The notes under the pieces were generated by a model. It made no database searches and was not told the DNA's origin. It saw only the letters and a program-made list of their open reading frames with translations. Source: Candidatus Nomurabacteria bacterium RIFCSPHIGHO2_01_FULL_41_71 (GTDB lineage Bacteria > Patescibacteriota > Minisyncoccia > Phycocordibacterales > UBA9973). From it: a stretch of DNA of 64,000 bases. Of this stretch, positions 45,370 to 54,991 are shown in pieces. Location: contig MFTQ01000021.1 in the NCBI GenBank assembly GCA_001785355.1, positions 4,033-68,032 on the forward strand. Reading direction: 5' to 3'. The position numbers and the translations under genes are program-made. How positions within the stretch are numbered: the stretch's first letter is position 1; every line of letters begins with the position of its first letter.

Positions 45370-45389
45370 AAATAATTTAAATAATATTT

Positions 45390-45602
45390 ATGGAACAATC
45401 ATTTGGTAACAATGAATTAGAAAATAAAAAACCAACTCGAACAGTTGAGGAGCTGGAATCAATGATAGCAGTTATTGATGCAGAGATTGTTCGTGATGGT
45501 GAAAAAATTGATCCACATAAACTTGATAATCTGACTCGCGCCAAAGGTGTTTACTTGCGAGAATTAGCCAGATTAAAAGGCGAGATCATAAACAATGAAT
45601 GA
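45390..45602 (+). CDS. Small hypothetical protein
   Basis: ORF only. Confidence 0.3.
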   Translation: MEQSFGNNELENKKPTRTVEELESMIAVIDAEIVRDGEKIDPHKLDNLTRAKGVYLRELARLKGEIINNE

Positions 45603-45689
45603 AGGTATTACCAATTTTTCTTAATAAAAAATCTTCTCTAAATTTAAGACTCGCCTTGTCTCGGACAAGGTAAAATACAGGGCAAGCTA

Positions 45690-46082
45690 CTACTTGCGCC
45701 TAATAGCGAACACTTGAGGATTTGTTCTTCTTATTTCTTTTGTTTGATGGATTTGCCCCGGAAACATAGTATCAGATGTTTTCTCTTGTACGGCTTTGGG
45801 TTTTCTTTCAGTTCTGAGCACTTCTTTAGCTTTTTTTGAAATTTCATATTTTTCCTTGAGCTTATCTAAATCTATGCCGTAGACTTCGGCAATTTTCAGC
45901 AATTTTTCTTCGTCAGGGAGGTTTACACTACTTTCCCATCTTTCTAATGCAACTTGTGACACACTAAGTTGGGCCGCCAGGTTTTTTCTGCTTTTACCAG
46001 TTACGTTACGCTGTCTAGACAGCAAAACACCGAACTCGGAAATAAGCTCCTCATTTTGTGTTAAATCTATACCTTCTTTCAT
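45690..46082 (-). CDS. XRE-family helix-turn-helix transcriptional regulator
   Basis: LSRQRNVTGKSRKNLAAQLSVSQVALERWE HTH. Start moved to MKEGIDL. Confidence 0.5.
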   Translation of the reverse strand: MKEGIDLTQNEELISEFGVLLSRQRNVTGKSRKNLAAQLSVSQVALERWESSVNLPDEEKLLKIAEVYGIDLDKLKEKYEISKKAKEVLRTERKPKAVQEKTSDTMFPGQIHQTKEIRRTNPQVFAIRRK

Positions 46083-46141
46083 AATGTGTATTATAACAAA
46101 CTGTGCCTTTTGAGTTATCCACAGGCAAGACTTGCCAGAGC

Positions 46142-46163
46142 TTGCCAAAGCAAGGCTTTGGCA
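46142..46163. repeat. REP hairpin ttgccaaag-CAAGG-ctttggcaa (family cognate to RAYT-3)
   Basis: Copies at 46453-46478 (inside the RAYT-3 ORF) and 46881-46913 (14-bp arms). Confidence 0.85.
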
Positions 46164-46177
46164 GTAAACATGAGTGT

Positions 46178-46873
46178 ATGTCTATTCGAAAAATTCCATT
46201 TGTCCAGAGGGAGTTTTACCATATTTTTAGCAGGGGTAATAGTAAACAAGATATATTTTTAGATGATAAAGACAGGGAGCGTTTTACTCAGTTGCTGTAT
46301 CTTTGTAACTCTACAAAGAATGTGAATTACAGGGAAAATATTGTTAGGACTAATATAATCGCATGGGAGTTTGATAGGGGAGAAACAATTATTGCAATAG
46401 GCGCATGGGTTTTGATGTCTAATCATTTTCATCTCTATGTAACCCCAAAAAAGTTGCCAAAGCAAGGCTTTGGCAACTTTGAGAATAGCCTTACGGCATT
46501 CATGCATAAACTTCTTACTTCATATTCAAAATATTTTAATAAAAAATACAATAGAACAGGTAGTTTGTTTGAAAGTAAATTCAAATCTGTTCACATCAAG
46601 AGTGATCCTCAGGCGAAATATAATTTTTCATATATTCATTTGAATCCGATAAAATTAATTGACCGTAAATGGCGTGAGAATGGAATTAAGGATTTTAAAA
46701 AAGCTAAAAAGTTTTTGAAAGACTATAAATGGTCAAGTTATTTGGATTATAAAGGTGTCATTCGTCCGGAAAATAAGATTTTAGACAGAAAAAATTTTCT
46801 GGATTATTTTCAAAATATAAAGGATTTTGATTCTGAAATTCTTGAATGGCTTAAATTTGGGGAAGAAGAATAA
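46178..46873 (+). CDS. IS200-like/RAYT-type tyrosine transposase paralog 3
   Basis: REFYHIFSRG, SNHFHLYVTP. Internal REP encodes KKLPKQGFGNFE in-frame directly after the HxH motif. Start moved to MSIRK. Confidence 0.7.
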   Translation: MSIRKIPFVQREFYHIFSRGNSKQDIFLDDKDRERFTQLLYLCNSTKNVNYRENIVRTNIIAWEFDRGETIIAIGAWVLMSNHFHLYVTPKKLPKQGFGNFENSLTAFMHKLLTSYSKYFNKKYNRTGSLFESKFKSVHIKSDPQAKYNFSYIHLNPIKLIDRKWRENGIKDFKKAKKFLKDYKWSSYLDYKGVIRPENKILDRKNFLDYFQNIKDFDSEILEWLKFGEEE

Positions 46874-46880
46874 GGAATTA

Positions 46881-46913
46881 CCAAATTGCCAAAGCAAGGC
46901 TTTGGCAATTTGG
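46881..46913. repeat. REP hairpin (RAYT-3 family), extended 14-bp arms
   Basis: ccaaattgccaaag-caagg-ctttggcaatttgg. Confidence 0.85.
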
Positions 46914-46914
46914 T

Positions 46915-47225
46915 AAAAAAGACAAATAAATATGCCTCGAAAGTCGAAGACTTCGAGGCGCTTTTGGGCGATTGGAATCAATCGCCCGATTTGTACCGTG
47001 GGCCGGAAACTCTTTGCCTCGCCCGCGTCAAGAACGGGGCAAAAAGACCTTTCGCCGGACCTTGCACTCCGGCTCCCCCGGCTCCACGGTATTTTCGATA
47101 TTAACACAGATTTTTTCTTGATTAAAAAGTTATCCACACCCTTCGTTTGCAAGGGTTTCACGCCGTGGTTTATAATGCGTATCAAGTGGGAAAAAGTGGG
47201 AAAAATGGGGATAAGTAATTTTTAG
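46915..47225. other. GC-rich hairpin-dense non-coding region upstream of mraZ (candidate structured RNA or leader)
   Basis: Perfect 8-bp hairpins gcctcgaa...ttcgaggc and ggcgattg-gaat-caatcgcc; GC content far above the local average; gtgggaaaaa direct repeat. Confidence 0.2.
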
Positions 47226-47232
47226 AAAATTT

Positions 47233-47670
47233 ATGCTGATCGGAGAGTACATTCACACAATAGACGAGAAGAATCGGGTATCCTTGCCTTTTAAGTTTCG
47301 CAAAGAGATGGGCAGAAAAATTATTATCACCCCGGGGCTCGGTCGATGCTTGTTTGTTTTCACAAGCAAAGAATGGGAAAAAGTTGCTAAAAAACTTTCC
47401 GATTCGGATTCCGATTTATCTTTTTTAAAAGCAGACCAGCGAAGTTTTAACAGATATATGTTTGGTCGAGCGGCGGAAGTGGAAGTGGATTCGATCGGGC
47501 GGATACTGATACCGGAATTTTTGCAGGAAGGGATACGGCTTCGGGACAAGGCGGCGATCATCGGGGTATCCGACAGGGTAGAGGTTTGGAACGAAAAAGC
47601 ATGGTCGGAGCAGAAGCAAAAAGTTGCCAAAGAAGCGGAGCGGTTAGCGGAGAAGCTTGGAAATGCATAA
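47233..47670 (+). CDS. mraZ: Transcriptional regulator MraZ
   Basis: Duplicated DxxxR SpoVT/AbrB-like halves; position at head of dcw cluster. Confidence 0.85.
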   Translation: MLIGEYIHTIDEKNRVSLPFKFRKEMGRKIIITPGLGRCLFVFTSKEWEKVAKKLSDSDSDLSFLKADQRSFNRYMFGRAAEVEVDSIGRILIPEFLQEGIRLRDKAAIIGVSDRVEVWNEKAWSEQKQKVAKEAERLAEKLGNA

Positions 47671-48526
47671 GACAGTTCTTTTAAATGAAACAATAGATGG
47701 CCTTGATCTGAAAGAAGATTCAGTGGTGCTTGATGCCACATTCGGCGGTGGAGGACACTCGGCAGAAATTTTGAAAAGATTTCCCGAGGTAAAAATCATA
47801 GCTTTAGATCAAGATGCAAGTGTATGGAAGTCTCAGCCGGGAATTTCTTTTCATAACAAGAACTTCAGAAATTTAGATGAAGTATTGAAAAAGGAAGGAA
47901 AAGAAAAAGTTGACGGAATTATTTTTGATTTAGGCTTGAGCTCCGATCAGCTGGAAAATTCCGGACGGGGATTTTCTTTCATGAAGGACGAGCCGCTCTT
48001 CATGACCATGAAAGAAAATCCCCGTCCGGAAGATCTCACCGCCCGGGAGATTGTAAACGATTGGGACGAACAAAATCTCGCGGATATCATCTATGGTTTT
48101 GGCGAAGAAAGATATGGCAGAAGGATCGCCGGAGCGATCGCGCAAGCGAGAAAACAGAAACCGATTGAAACCACTTTTGATTTGGTGGGGATTATCAAAA
48201 GAGCGGTGCCGGCGCGATACAGAGAAGGGAGACTGCACTTTGCCACCAAGACCTTCCAGGCAATCCGCATAGCGGTAAACGACGAGCTCGAGGCGCTTCG
48301 AGAGGGGCTCAAAGTAGGTTTTGAATCTCTTCGATCGGGGGGCAGGATGGCGGTCATAAGCTTTCACAGTCTGGAAGACAGGATTACAAAGAGATTTTTT
48401 AAAGATAAACAGAAAGCAGGAGAGGCGATTTTAATAAACAAAAAGCCCATTGTGGCCAAAAGAGAAGAAATAAAAAATAATCCAAGATCAAGAAGCGCGA
48501 AATTGAGAATAATTCAAAAACAATGA
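47657..48526 (+). CDS. rsmH: 16S rRNA (cytosine1402-N4)-methyltransferase RsmH
   Basis: SAM motif DATFGGGGHS, FHSLEDR. Confidence 0.9.
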   Translation: MEMHKTVLLNETIDGLDLKEDSVVLDATFGGGGHSAEILKRFPEVKIIALDQDASVWKSQPGISFHNKNFRNLDEVLKKEGKEKVDGIIFDLGLSSDQLENSGRGFSFMKDEPLFMTMKENPRPEDLTAREIVNDWDEQNLADIIYGFGEERYGRRIAGAIAQARKQKPIETTFDLVGIIKRAVPARYREGRLHFATKTFQAIRIAVNDELEALREGLKVGFESLRSGGRMAVISFHSLEDRITKRFFKDKQKAGEAILINKKPIVAKREEIKNNPRSRSAKLRIIQKQ

Positions 48527-48891
48527 AACAAGCAGGTTTAAAACTAAAAATGTATGTGGAGAAAACCGATGTAATTAGAGACAGCGTTTTTTTCGGATAC
48601 ATTTTGCATGTTATGTTCGGAGCTTTTGGGGTCCTGGCTATCGCTTATGTGGTGATACTGGGAAATATGATATTCAATATTAACGAAAGGAAATCGCTCG
48701 AGAAGGAAGTGTCCACGCTTTCAAGCGAGGTGGGCGAACTGGAACTCGAATATCTCGCTCTTTCGAAGAAAGTGGATCTGGGGCTTTCCCGCACTCTCGG
48801 CTTTAAGGAAGCCAAGCCGGCTTTCGCCGCTCGCAAATCTCTCGGATTCGACACTTCTAATCTAACTACGGAGCCGGACAATGAGATCTAG
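48523..48891 (+). CDS. ftsL: FtsL-like cell-division protein (TM + coiled coil)
   Basis: Position between rsmH and ftsI; single TM + leucine-zipper-like segment. Confidence 0.5.
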   Translation: MKQAGLKLKMYVEKTDVIRDSVFFGYILHVMFGAFGVLAIAYVVILGNMIFNINERKSLEKEVSTLSSEVGELELEYLALSKKVDLGLSRTLGFKEAKPAFAARKSLGFDTSNLTTEPDNEI

Positions 48892-50590
48892 TTTGTTTTG
48901 GAGAACAAGAATTTTGCTTTTTTTTATAATGTTGTTTTCTTTTATTCTTCTGTTTAAGCTTTTTCTGGTGCAAGTGGTTCATAATAGCTCATATTCCGAG
49001 AGGGCGGACAGGCAGTATGCCACTCCAGCTGAAAATATTTTTGAAAGAGGTACGATTTTTTTTACTAGCAAAGCGGACCAGCTTGTTTCCGCGGCTATGC
49101 AGATATCCGGATATAAATTGGCCGTCGATCCATCCAAGCTCTCCGATTGGGAAGACGCACATCAGAAGCTTTCCGTAATCAGAGAGATAAACAAAGATGA
49201 TTTCGCTTCCAAGGCGGCCAAGAAAAACGACCCTTATGAAGAAATAGCCAATCATCTCTCCAAAGAGGAAGCGGATGCGGTATCCGCTCTTAAAATCCCT
49301 GGCGTAAATATTTTTAAAGAGAAATGGAGATTTTATCCCGGAGACAATCTTGCTTCTCACGCACTCGGGTTCGTGGGATATAAGGGAGACGAGCTTTCCG
49401 GCCGATATGGGCTGGAGAGGCAATATAATACGACGCTCTCCAGAAATAAAAATAATCCTTATGTGAATTTTTTTGCGGAAGTTTTTTCCAATATAAACGA
49501 AGTTTTATTCGAAGAAGAGAGTAGGGAAGGAAATGTAATAACGACTATTGAACCGTCGGTGCAGAGTTTATTAGAAGAAAAGCTAAAAGAAACAGGAGAG
49601 AAATACCAGACGGATTCGATAGGCGGAATCATCATGAATCCGAAAAACGGCTCGATCTACGCGCTCGGAGTGAAGCCTGATTTTAATCTCAATACTTTTT
49701 CCAAAGTAGAAAAAATTTCCATCTTTTCGAATCCTTTGGTGGAGAATGTGCTTGAATTCGGATCAGTGGTGAAGCCTTTGGTAATGGCGGCCGCTCTAAA
49801 CGAAGGAGTGATTGCTCCGGAAACCAAATATGAAGACAGGGGATCTGTCTGGGTGGAAAAAAAAGAAATTTTCAACTTCGACAAGAAAGCCCGCGGGGTG
49901 GTCAATATGCAGGAAGTGCTAAATCAGTCTCTCAATACCGGCATGGTTTTCGTTTATCAAAAACTTGGCAAAAAAAATCTCAAGGATTATCTCCTTTCTT
50001 ATGGCATCAAAGATAAGACCGGCATCGATCTTCCCAATGAAACCTCCGGATTGGTTTCCAATCTGGAAAGCCCAAGAGACATAGAATTCGCGAACGCTTC
50101 TTTCGGACAGGGGATCGCTCTTACTCCGATTGGCATGCTACGAGCCCTTGCTTCTCTTTCAAATGGAGGAAAGCTGGTGGTTCCGCATCTGGTGCGGGAG
50201 ATCAGATATGCGGATGGCACCTCTAAAAAAATGGAATATGAGACTCTGCCTACGAAAATTTCCACGGAAACTTCCGCTAAAATTACCGAAATGTTGGTCG
50301 GAGTGATGGATAAGGCGATCAAAGGAGGAACTGAAAGATTTGAACGCTTTAGCGTGGCGGTGAAAACCGGCACAGCTCAAGTTGCCAATGCGGAAGCCGG
50401 AGGATACTATAAGGACAGGCATACCCATTCATTTTTCGGATATTTTCCGGCGTATGATCCGGAATTCATAGTGTTTTTGTATGCGGTCAATCCAAAGGGA
50501 GTGGAATACGCGGCCACCACTTGGGCAGATCCATTTCTGGATATCACCAAGTTTCTGCTGAATTATTATGAAGTGCCTCCGGATCGGTAA
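48881..50590 (+). CDS. ftsI: Peptidoglycan D,D-transpeptidase FtsI / class B PBP
   Basis: SVVKP (SxxK), SLNT (SxN), KTGTA (KTG) motifs. Confidence 0.85.
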   Translation: MRSSLFWRTRILLFFIMLFSFILLFKLFLVQVVHNSSYSERADRQYATPAENIFERGTIFFTSKADQLVSAAMQISGYKLAVDPSKLSDWEDAHQKLSVIREINKDDFASKAAKKNDPYEEIANHLSKEEADAVSALKIPGVNIFKEKWRFYPGDNLASHALGFVGYKGDELSGRYGLERQYNTTLSRNKNNPYVNFFAEVFSNINEVLFEEESREGNVITTIEPSVQSLLEEKLKETGEKYQTDSIGGIIMNPKNGSIYALGVKPDFNLNTFSKVEKISIFSNPLVENVLEFGSVVKPLVMAAALNEGVIAPETKYEDRGSVWVEKKEIFNFDKKARGVVNMQEVLNQSLNTGMVFVYQKLGKKNLKDYLLSYGIKDKTGIDLPNETSGLVSNLESPRDIEFANASFGQGIALTPIGMLRALASLSNGGKLVVPHLVREIRYADGTSKKMEYETLPTKISTETSAKITEMLVGVMDKAIKGGTERFERFSVAVKTGTAQVANAEAGGYYKDRHTHSFFGYFPAYDPEFIVFLYAVNPKGVEYAATTWADPFLDITKFLLNYYEVPPDR

Positions 50591-50604
50591 AATAAATAAA
50601 CGAA

Positions 50605-51924
50605 GTGAAAACATTTTTCAAAAAAATAATAATTTATATTCTGCAAGTGGAATCCAGGCTTGTGATTGCCAAGTATAAGCCGAAAATCATTGCCATCACC
50701 GGCTCGGTAGGCAAGACTTCCACCAAGGATGCGATTTATGCGGTGATTTCCAAGGTTTCGCATGTTCGTAAAAGCGAGAAAAGTTATAACAGTGAAGTGG
50801 GTCTTCCGCTTACTATTCTCGGAGTGTCGAACGGATGGAACAATCCGGTGCTCTGGATTCGGAATGTCTTGCGGGGGATGTGGTTGTATTTGTCTCCGCA
50901 TAAGTATCCAAAATGGCTGGTACTGGAGGTCGGAGTGGGGAAAACCGGAGACATGAAACGCACGGCGTCCTGGCTCAAGACGGATGCAGTGGTCATCACC
51001 ACTATAGGAGATACCCCGGCTCATATAGAATTTTTCAATTCCCGCAGGCATTTGATAGAGGAAAAAAGCGGGCTTATAAAAACTTTAAAAAAAGACGGCG
51101 TCTTGGCGCTGAATGCGGATGATGAATCGGTGCTCGCGCTTGGAGAAAAGACTAAAAATAGGGTTATGACTTTCGGCTTTGGAGAGAAGGCGGAGGTGCG
51201 GGGAAGTCAGCTTAGTATTTCTTACAATGAAAAGAATATTCCGGACGGAATAATTTTTCGAGTGGATGAAGGGGGAGCGAGCCTGCCGGTTTCCGTGGAA
51301 GGAGTTTTCGGCAAAAATCACGTATACGCCGCGCTTGCCGCTCTCACTTTGGCTTCGGAGTTGAAACTCAATATGCTTTCCGCTATCTCCGCGCTTAAAA
51401 ATTACGATGTTCCCCCGGGCCGAATGCGCCTGCTTGCGGGCATCAACAATGCTCTCATAATAGATGATACTTACAATTCTTCTCCTTTCGCTTGCGAGTC
51501 CGCTCTTAAAACTCTGGGGGAAATAAGATATGACGACCCCTCGGCTTCATTCGGGATCAAAAGAAAGATTGCCGTCCTGGGCGACATGCTTGAGCTTGGC
51601 AAGCATACTAGTGATGCGCACAAAAATATCGGTAGAATAGCCAGAGAAAACGCAGACGCGCTTGTAGTAGTCGGCCAGAGAGCGCAGGCTATAAAAGAAG
51701 GCGCGATGGAAGCAGGAATGGATAAAGAAAAAGTTTTTGAGTTCGTGAATTCGCAAAAAGCCGGAAATTTCTTAAAGACTTTTATTCGCTCTGGCGATTT
51801 GGTGCTCGTCAAAGGTTCTCAAACCATGCGTATGGAGCGCGCCGTGGAAGCGATACTCGCGGATCGTGGGAACAAAGAAAAACTCCTCGTTCGTCAAGAC
51901 AGCGAATGGTTGGCAAAGGAGTAG
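50605..51924 (+). CDS. murF: UDP-MurNAc-tripeptide--D-alanyl-D-alanine ligase MurF
   Basis: Mur ligase P-loop IAITGSVGKTSTKD; dcw position after ftsI. Confidence 0.8.
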   Translation: MKTFFKKIIIYILQVESRLVIAKYKPKIIAITGSVGKTSTKDAIYAVISKVSHVRKSEKSYNSEVGLPLTILGVSNGWNNPVLWIRNVLRGMWLYLSPHKYPKWLVLEVGVGKTGDMKRTASWLKTDAVVITTIGDTPAHIEFFNSRRHLIEEKSGLIKTLKKDGVLALNADDESVLALGEKTKNRVMTFGFGEKAEVRGSQLSISYNEKNIPDGIIFRVDEGGASLPVSVEGVFGKNHVYAALAALTLASELKLNMLSAISALKNYDVPPGRMRLLAGINNALIIDDTYNSSPFACESALKTLGEIRYDDPSASFGIKRKIAVLGDMLELGKHTSDAHKNIGRIARENADALVVVGQRAQAIKEGAMEAGMDKEKVFEFVNSQKAGNFLKTFIRSGDLVLVKGSQTMRMERAVEAILADRGNKEKLLVRQDSEWLAKE

Positions 51925-51993
51925 AAGCAAAGCATCCCTTAGAGCGAAAAGCAAAATTGTTGGCTTATGCGCCATGGCTCCGATTTATCGCGG

Positions 51994-52065
51994 TGACCCT
52001 ACTGGGGATCGCACCCAGATTTAAAGCTTGAGAAGCTTTTGTCCTAACTATTAGACGATAGGGCC
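51994..52065 (-). tRNA. tRNA-Glu (anticodon CTC), no CCA
   Basis: Minus-strand fold: acceptor GGCCCTA/TAGGGTC, anticodon stem AAAGC/GCTTT with loop TTCTCAA. D-arm nearly identical to the tRNA-Glu at 37522-37593. Confidence 0.75.
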
Positions 52066-52066
52066 A

Positions 52067-53650
52067 ATGAGAAAAATATATCACACAAATATGATATACT
52101 CAAAGCGCGAAAGCATGCCGGATTTTATAAATTATAAAATTCAAAAAATAATTTCCAAGAACAGCTTTGTGTTTCTAGTTTTTGTTTGCGCGGTTTTATT
52201 CGCCTACGGAAATATCTTATTCGGAGATTTTGTTTTCGATGACAATATTTTTATCGAAAACAACGCTCAAATTCGTTCGCCTTCAAATGTGGAAGAGATA
52301 TATTCTTCCAGCACCACGGCTGGTTCGGGGCTTTTGAACGACAATTTTTATCGTCCCAACCAACAACTTATTTATACTCTGCTTTACACCTTCTTCGGCT
52401 TTTCGCCTTCTTTCTTTCATCTGGCGCCATTGTTGTTTCATATTTTTAACGGTTTTCTGATTTTCTTATTATTCTCCCGACTTGGAATTTCTCGGCGCGC
52501 TTCGTTTTTAGGATCTTTACTGTTTCTTCTTCATCCCATTCTCACCCAGGCGGTAAGCTACATATCCGGACTTTCGGAGCCCCTGGTCGTCTCCACCATT
52601 CTCGGCGCGCTTCTTATTTTTCTCAAAACTTTCGAATCGGACGAGAAATTTTACAAATGGCTTCTGTTGGGCGCACTGGTTTTTTTTATCGGCCTTTTTT
52701 CCAAAGAAAGCCAAGTTGTTTCCCTGGGCCTGATGGGACTTGTTTTGATTTTTAAATGGTCTCGGCAAGAAGTGGAAGATTTTTTCAAGCCGATTTTATT
52801 TATTTTGTTCTTGTCCGCCATTTTTTCCTTCTTTCTTTATATTCGCATAAATTTTCTCAATTTTACCGGTGTCATGGGTCTTACCGGAGACATCAATCCA
52901 TATACGGAGAATATCTGGCTTCGTATTTCCACCTTTGTTCACATTTTGCCGGAATATTTTAAAATGATTCTTTTTCCTTTGCATTTGCATTACGAGAGAC
53001 CCTATATTTTTTATGATTCATACACCGAGACGCAGTCCATTTTCAGTTTAATTTTTCTGATTTTCGGCTTTTTGGCGTCAATTTTTTTAGTTTTTAAGAA
53101 AAGGCCGGAGTTATTTTTTGGTTTCTTTTGGTTTCTCGGCGCGCTTCTCCCTGTCTCCGGCGTCATTCCGGTTAATTCCATATATCTCGAACACTGGCTG
53201 TATATGCCCATTATTGGAATGATATTTTTTCTTTGTTATATATTTGACAATCTTGGTGAAAAATCAAAAAATATTATTATCATTTTTCTTTTCTTTATAT
53301 TTCTCTTGTTTTCTTTCCGCATTATGGCGCGGAATGCCGAATGGGGAGACCCGGTCAGATTTTATAAAAATGAAATACGATATACGAAAAATTCCGCCCG
53401 TATTTACAACAATCTGGCTATGGAGCTTGCCGATAGGAACGATTGCGTATCGGCTATTCCGAATTATGAGATGGCCATAGCCGTAAATGACGCATATCCT
53501 CAGACTCATCACAATCTGGCCCGATGCCTGCAAGTTATGGGTATGCAGAAAGAAGCAGAAAGAGAATACATGGAGGCTCTTAGGATCGAGCCGAATTTTC
53601 GTTACAGCCTGGAAGCCCTTAAGAATCTGCGTTCTATTCTAGAGCCTTAG
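52067..53650 (+). CDS. Polytopic membrane protein with C-terminal TPR repeats (TMTC/DUF1736-like putative glycosyltransferase, tentative)
   Basis: 10+ TM helices, FVFDDNIFIENN acidic loop motif, TPR-like C-terminal 120 aa. Confidence 0.4.
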   Translation: MRKIYHTNMIYSKRESMPDFINYKIQKIISKNSFVFLVFVCAVLFAYGNILFGDFVFDDNIFIENNAQIRSPSNVEEIYSSSTTAGSGLLNDNFYRPNQQLIYTLLYTFFGFSPSFFHLAPLLFHIFNGFLIFLLFSRLGISRRASFLGSLLFLLHPILTQAVSYISGLSEPLVVSTILGALLIFLKTFESDEKFYKWLLLGALVFFIGLFSKESQVVSLGLMGLVLIFKWSRQEVEDFFKPILFILFLSAIFSFFLYIRINFLNFTGVMGLTGDINPYTENIWLRISTFVHILPEYFKMILFPLHLHYERPYIFYDSYTETQSIFSLIFLIFGFLASIFLVFKKRPELFFGFFWFLGALLPVSGVIPVNSIYLEHWLYMPIIGMIFFLCYIFDNLGEKSKNIIIIFLFFIFLLFSFRIMARNAEWGDPVRFYKNEIRYTKNSARIYNNLAMELADRNDCVSAIPNYEMAIAVNDAYPQTHHNLARCLQVMGMQKEAEREYMEALRIEPNFRYSLEALKNLRSILEP

Positions 53651-54692
53651 GTTTATCAATTTCCAAAAGAGAAATATCCGGAGAAGAACCCGCAATTCTT
53701 AGCACGTCTTTGTCAATTTTTTTCAATTCTTTATTTGAAGCGTTGTAATGATTCACAGCTGTGCCGAGAGCGTTGCCCAGTTTGCCGTGATACTCGTCAT
53801 AGCTTTTCAAATGCCTGCCCAGATCTTCCACTTTTTTAATAATTTCTTTGGCGGACTCTTCTATCTGAAGCGCCTTGAGTCCTTGGAGGACTGTTTGCAA
53901 GTATGCCAGAAAAGAAGTCGGGGAGGTGATAATCACTTTATATTTGCCGGCCGCGCGCTGGATCAGATTTTCATTCTGATTGTCTTTATTGTCCGACGTT
54001 AATGCGCCTACTTTATTGGTTAGTAAGTCATAGTAAATAGCTTCATGGGGGATAAACATAAAAGCAAAATCAGTTGTGTTTTGTGCGGGTTGGATATATT
54101 TTGCCGTTTCAGTAATTCTATTTTTTAAGTCATTTACAAAAACTGTTTCTAATTTTTTCTTTTCCGCCAGGTCTCTTTCTTCCGCCATTTTATTGTAATT
54201 CTCCAGCGAGAATTTAGAATCAATCGGGATGATTTTATCTTTCACGAATACCACCGCGTCCACAATCGTGCCATCCGGGAAAGGGTATTGCATCTGGTAG
54301 CTCCCGGGCGGAAGCACGTTTTTCAATACTGTCTCAAGGTAATATTCTCCGAGGATTCCGCGTTGTTTCGGATTTTTCAAAATATTCTCCAAGCTTTGGA
54401 GTTGGTCGGCGAAGGAGATAACTTGCTTGTTGGTTTCGTCGAGGCGGGTGAGGCGCTCCGTCACATCGCGAATTATTTTATTTGATTCACTGGAATGAAA
54501 CTGCAAACTGTCCCGCACCTGTTTATGCGACTCGCCGATTTTGTTATCTATTGTGCGGGCAAGCTCGTTTAGCTGTTGCAGTATCAACTGTAGCCCGAGA
54601 TCGTCTTTCTTTTCTTCTTTCTTGCTCTTCAAGAAAAAATACACAACCAAGCCTCCGCCAATCACCGCTAAAATTATCCAAATGATTTGCAT
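53634..54692 (-). CDS. rmuC: DNA recombination protein RmuC
   Basis: N-terminal TM, long coiled-coil, C-terminal RmuC nuclease-like domain. Confidence 0.75.
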   Translation of the reverse strand: MQIIWIILAVIGGGLVVYFFLKSKKEEKKDDLGLQLILQQLNELARTIDNKIGESHKQVRDSLQFHSSESNKIIRDVTERLTRLDETNKQVISFADQLQSLENILKNPKQRGILGEYYLETVLKNVLPPGSYQMQYPFPDGTIVDAVVFVKDKIIPIDSKFSLENYNKMAEERDLAEKKKLETVFVNDLKNRITETAKYIQPAQNTTDFAFMFIPHEAIYYDLLTNKVGALTSDNKDNQNENLIQRAAGKYKVIITSPTSFLAYLQTVLQGLKALQIEESAKEIIKKVEDLGRHLKSYDEYHGKLGNALGTAVNHYNASNKELKKIDKDVLRIAGSSPDISLLEIDKPKALE

Positions 54693-54991
54693 GAGTCAAT
54701 TCTACCATCTAAAACCAAATTATCCGAGCCCTTGACAAAGCGATATATATATATATTAGTTTTTTTTATTGAAAGGAGGGAGCATGAAACTCCCATTGGT
54801 AGTGGCCTTGGCGATAAAAAAGGGGGGTTGGACGGAGAAAGCAATAGAAGCCCGTCCAACCCAAAGCGCAAAGTCGTTAAGACTTCTTTGAAGACCCTGG
54901 CGGCTTTTTTAATTTCACCAAAATATAAAATACAAAATTACCGAACTCTACCGATCGAAAAAGTTAGGTAATTTATTTTTTCGGAAAAAAT

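Noticed and set aside
46886-47225. Short ORFs (46886-47104, 46932-47225) between RAYT-3 and mraZ
   Set aside because: They begin inside the REP hairpin (MPKQGFGN is the REP read in-frame) and run through GC-rich non-coding DNA. No support as genes.
54732-54760. TTGACA ... TATATATAT promoter-like stretch upstream of the candidate sRNA
   Set aside because: No -10 hexamer sits at a 16-18-bp spacing from the TTGACA, and the TA-repeat is low complexity. Not reported as a promoter.
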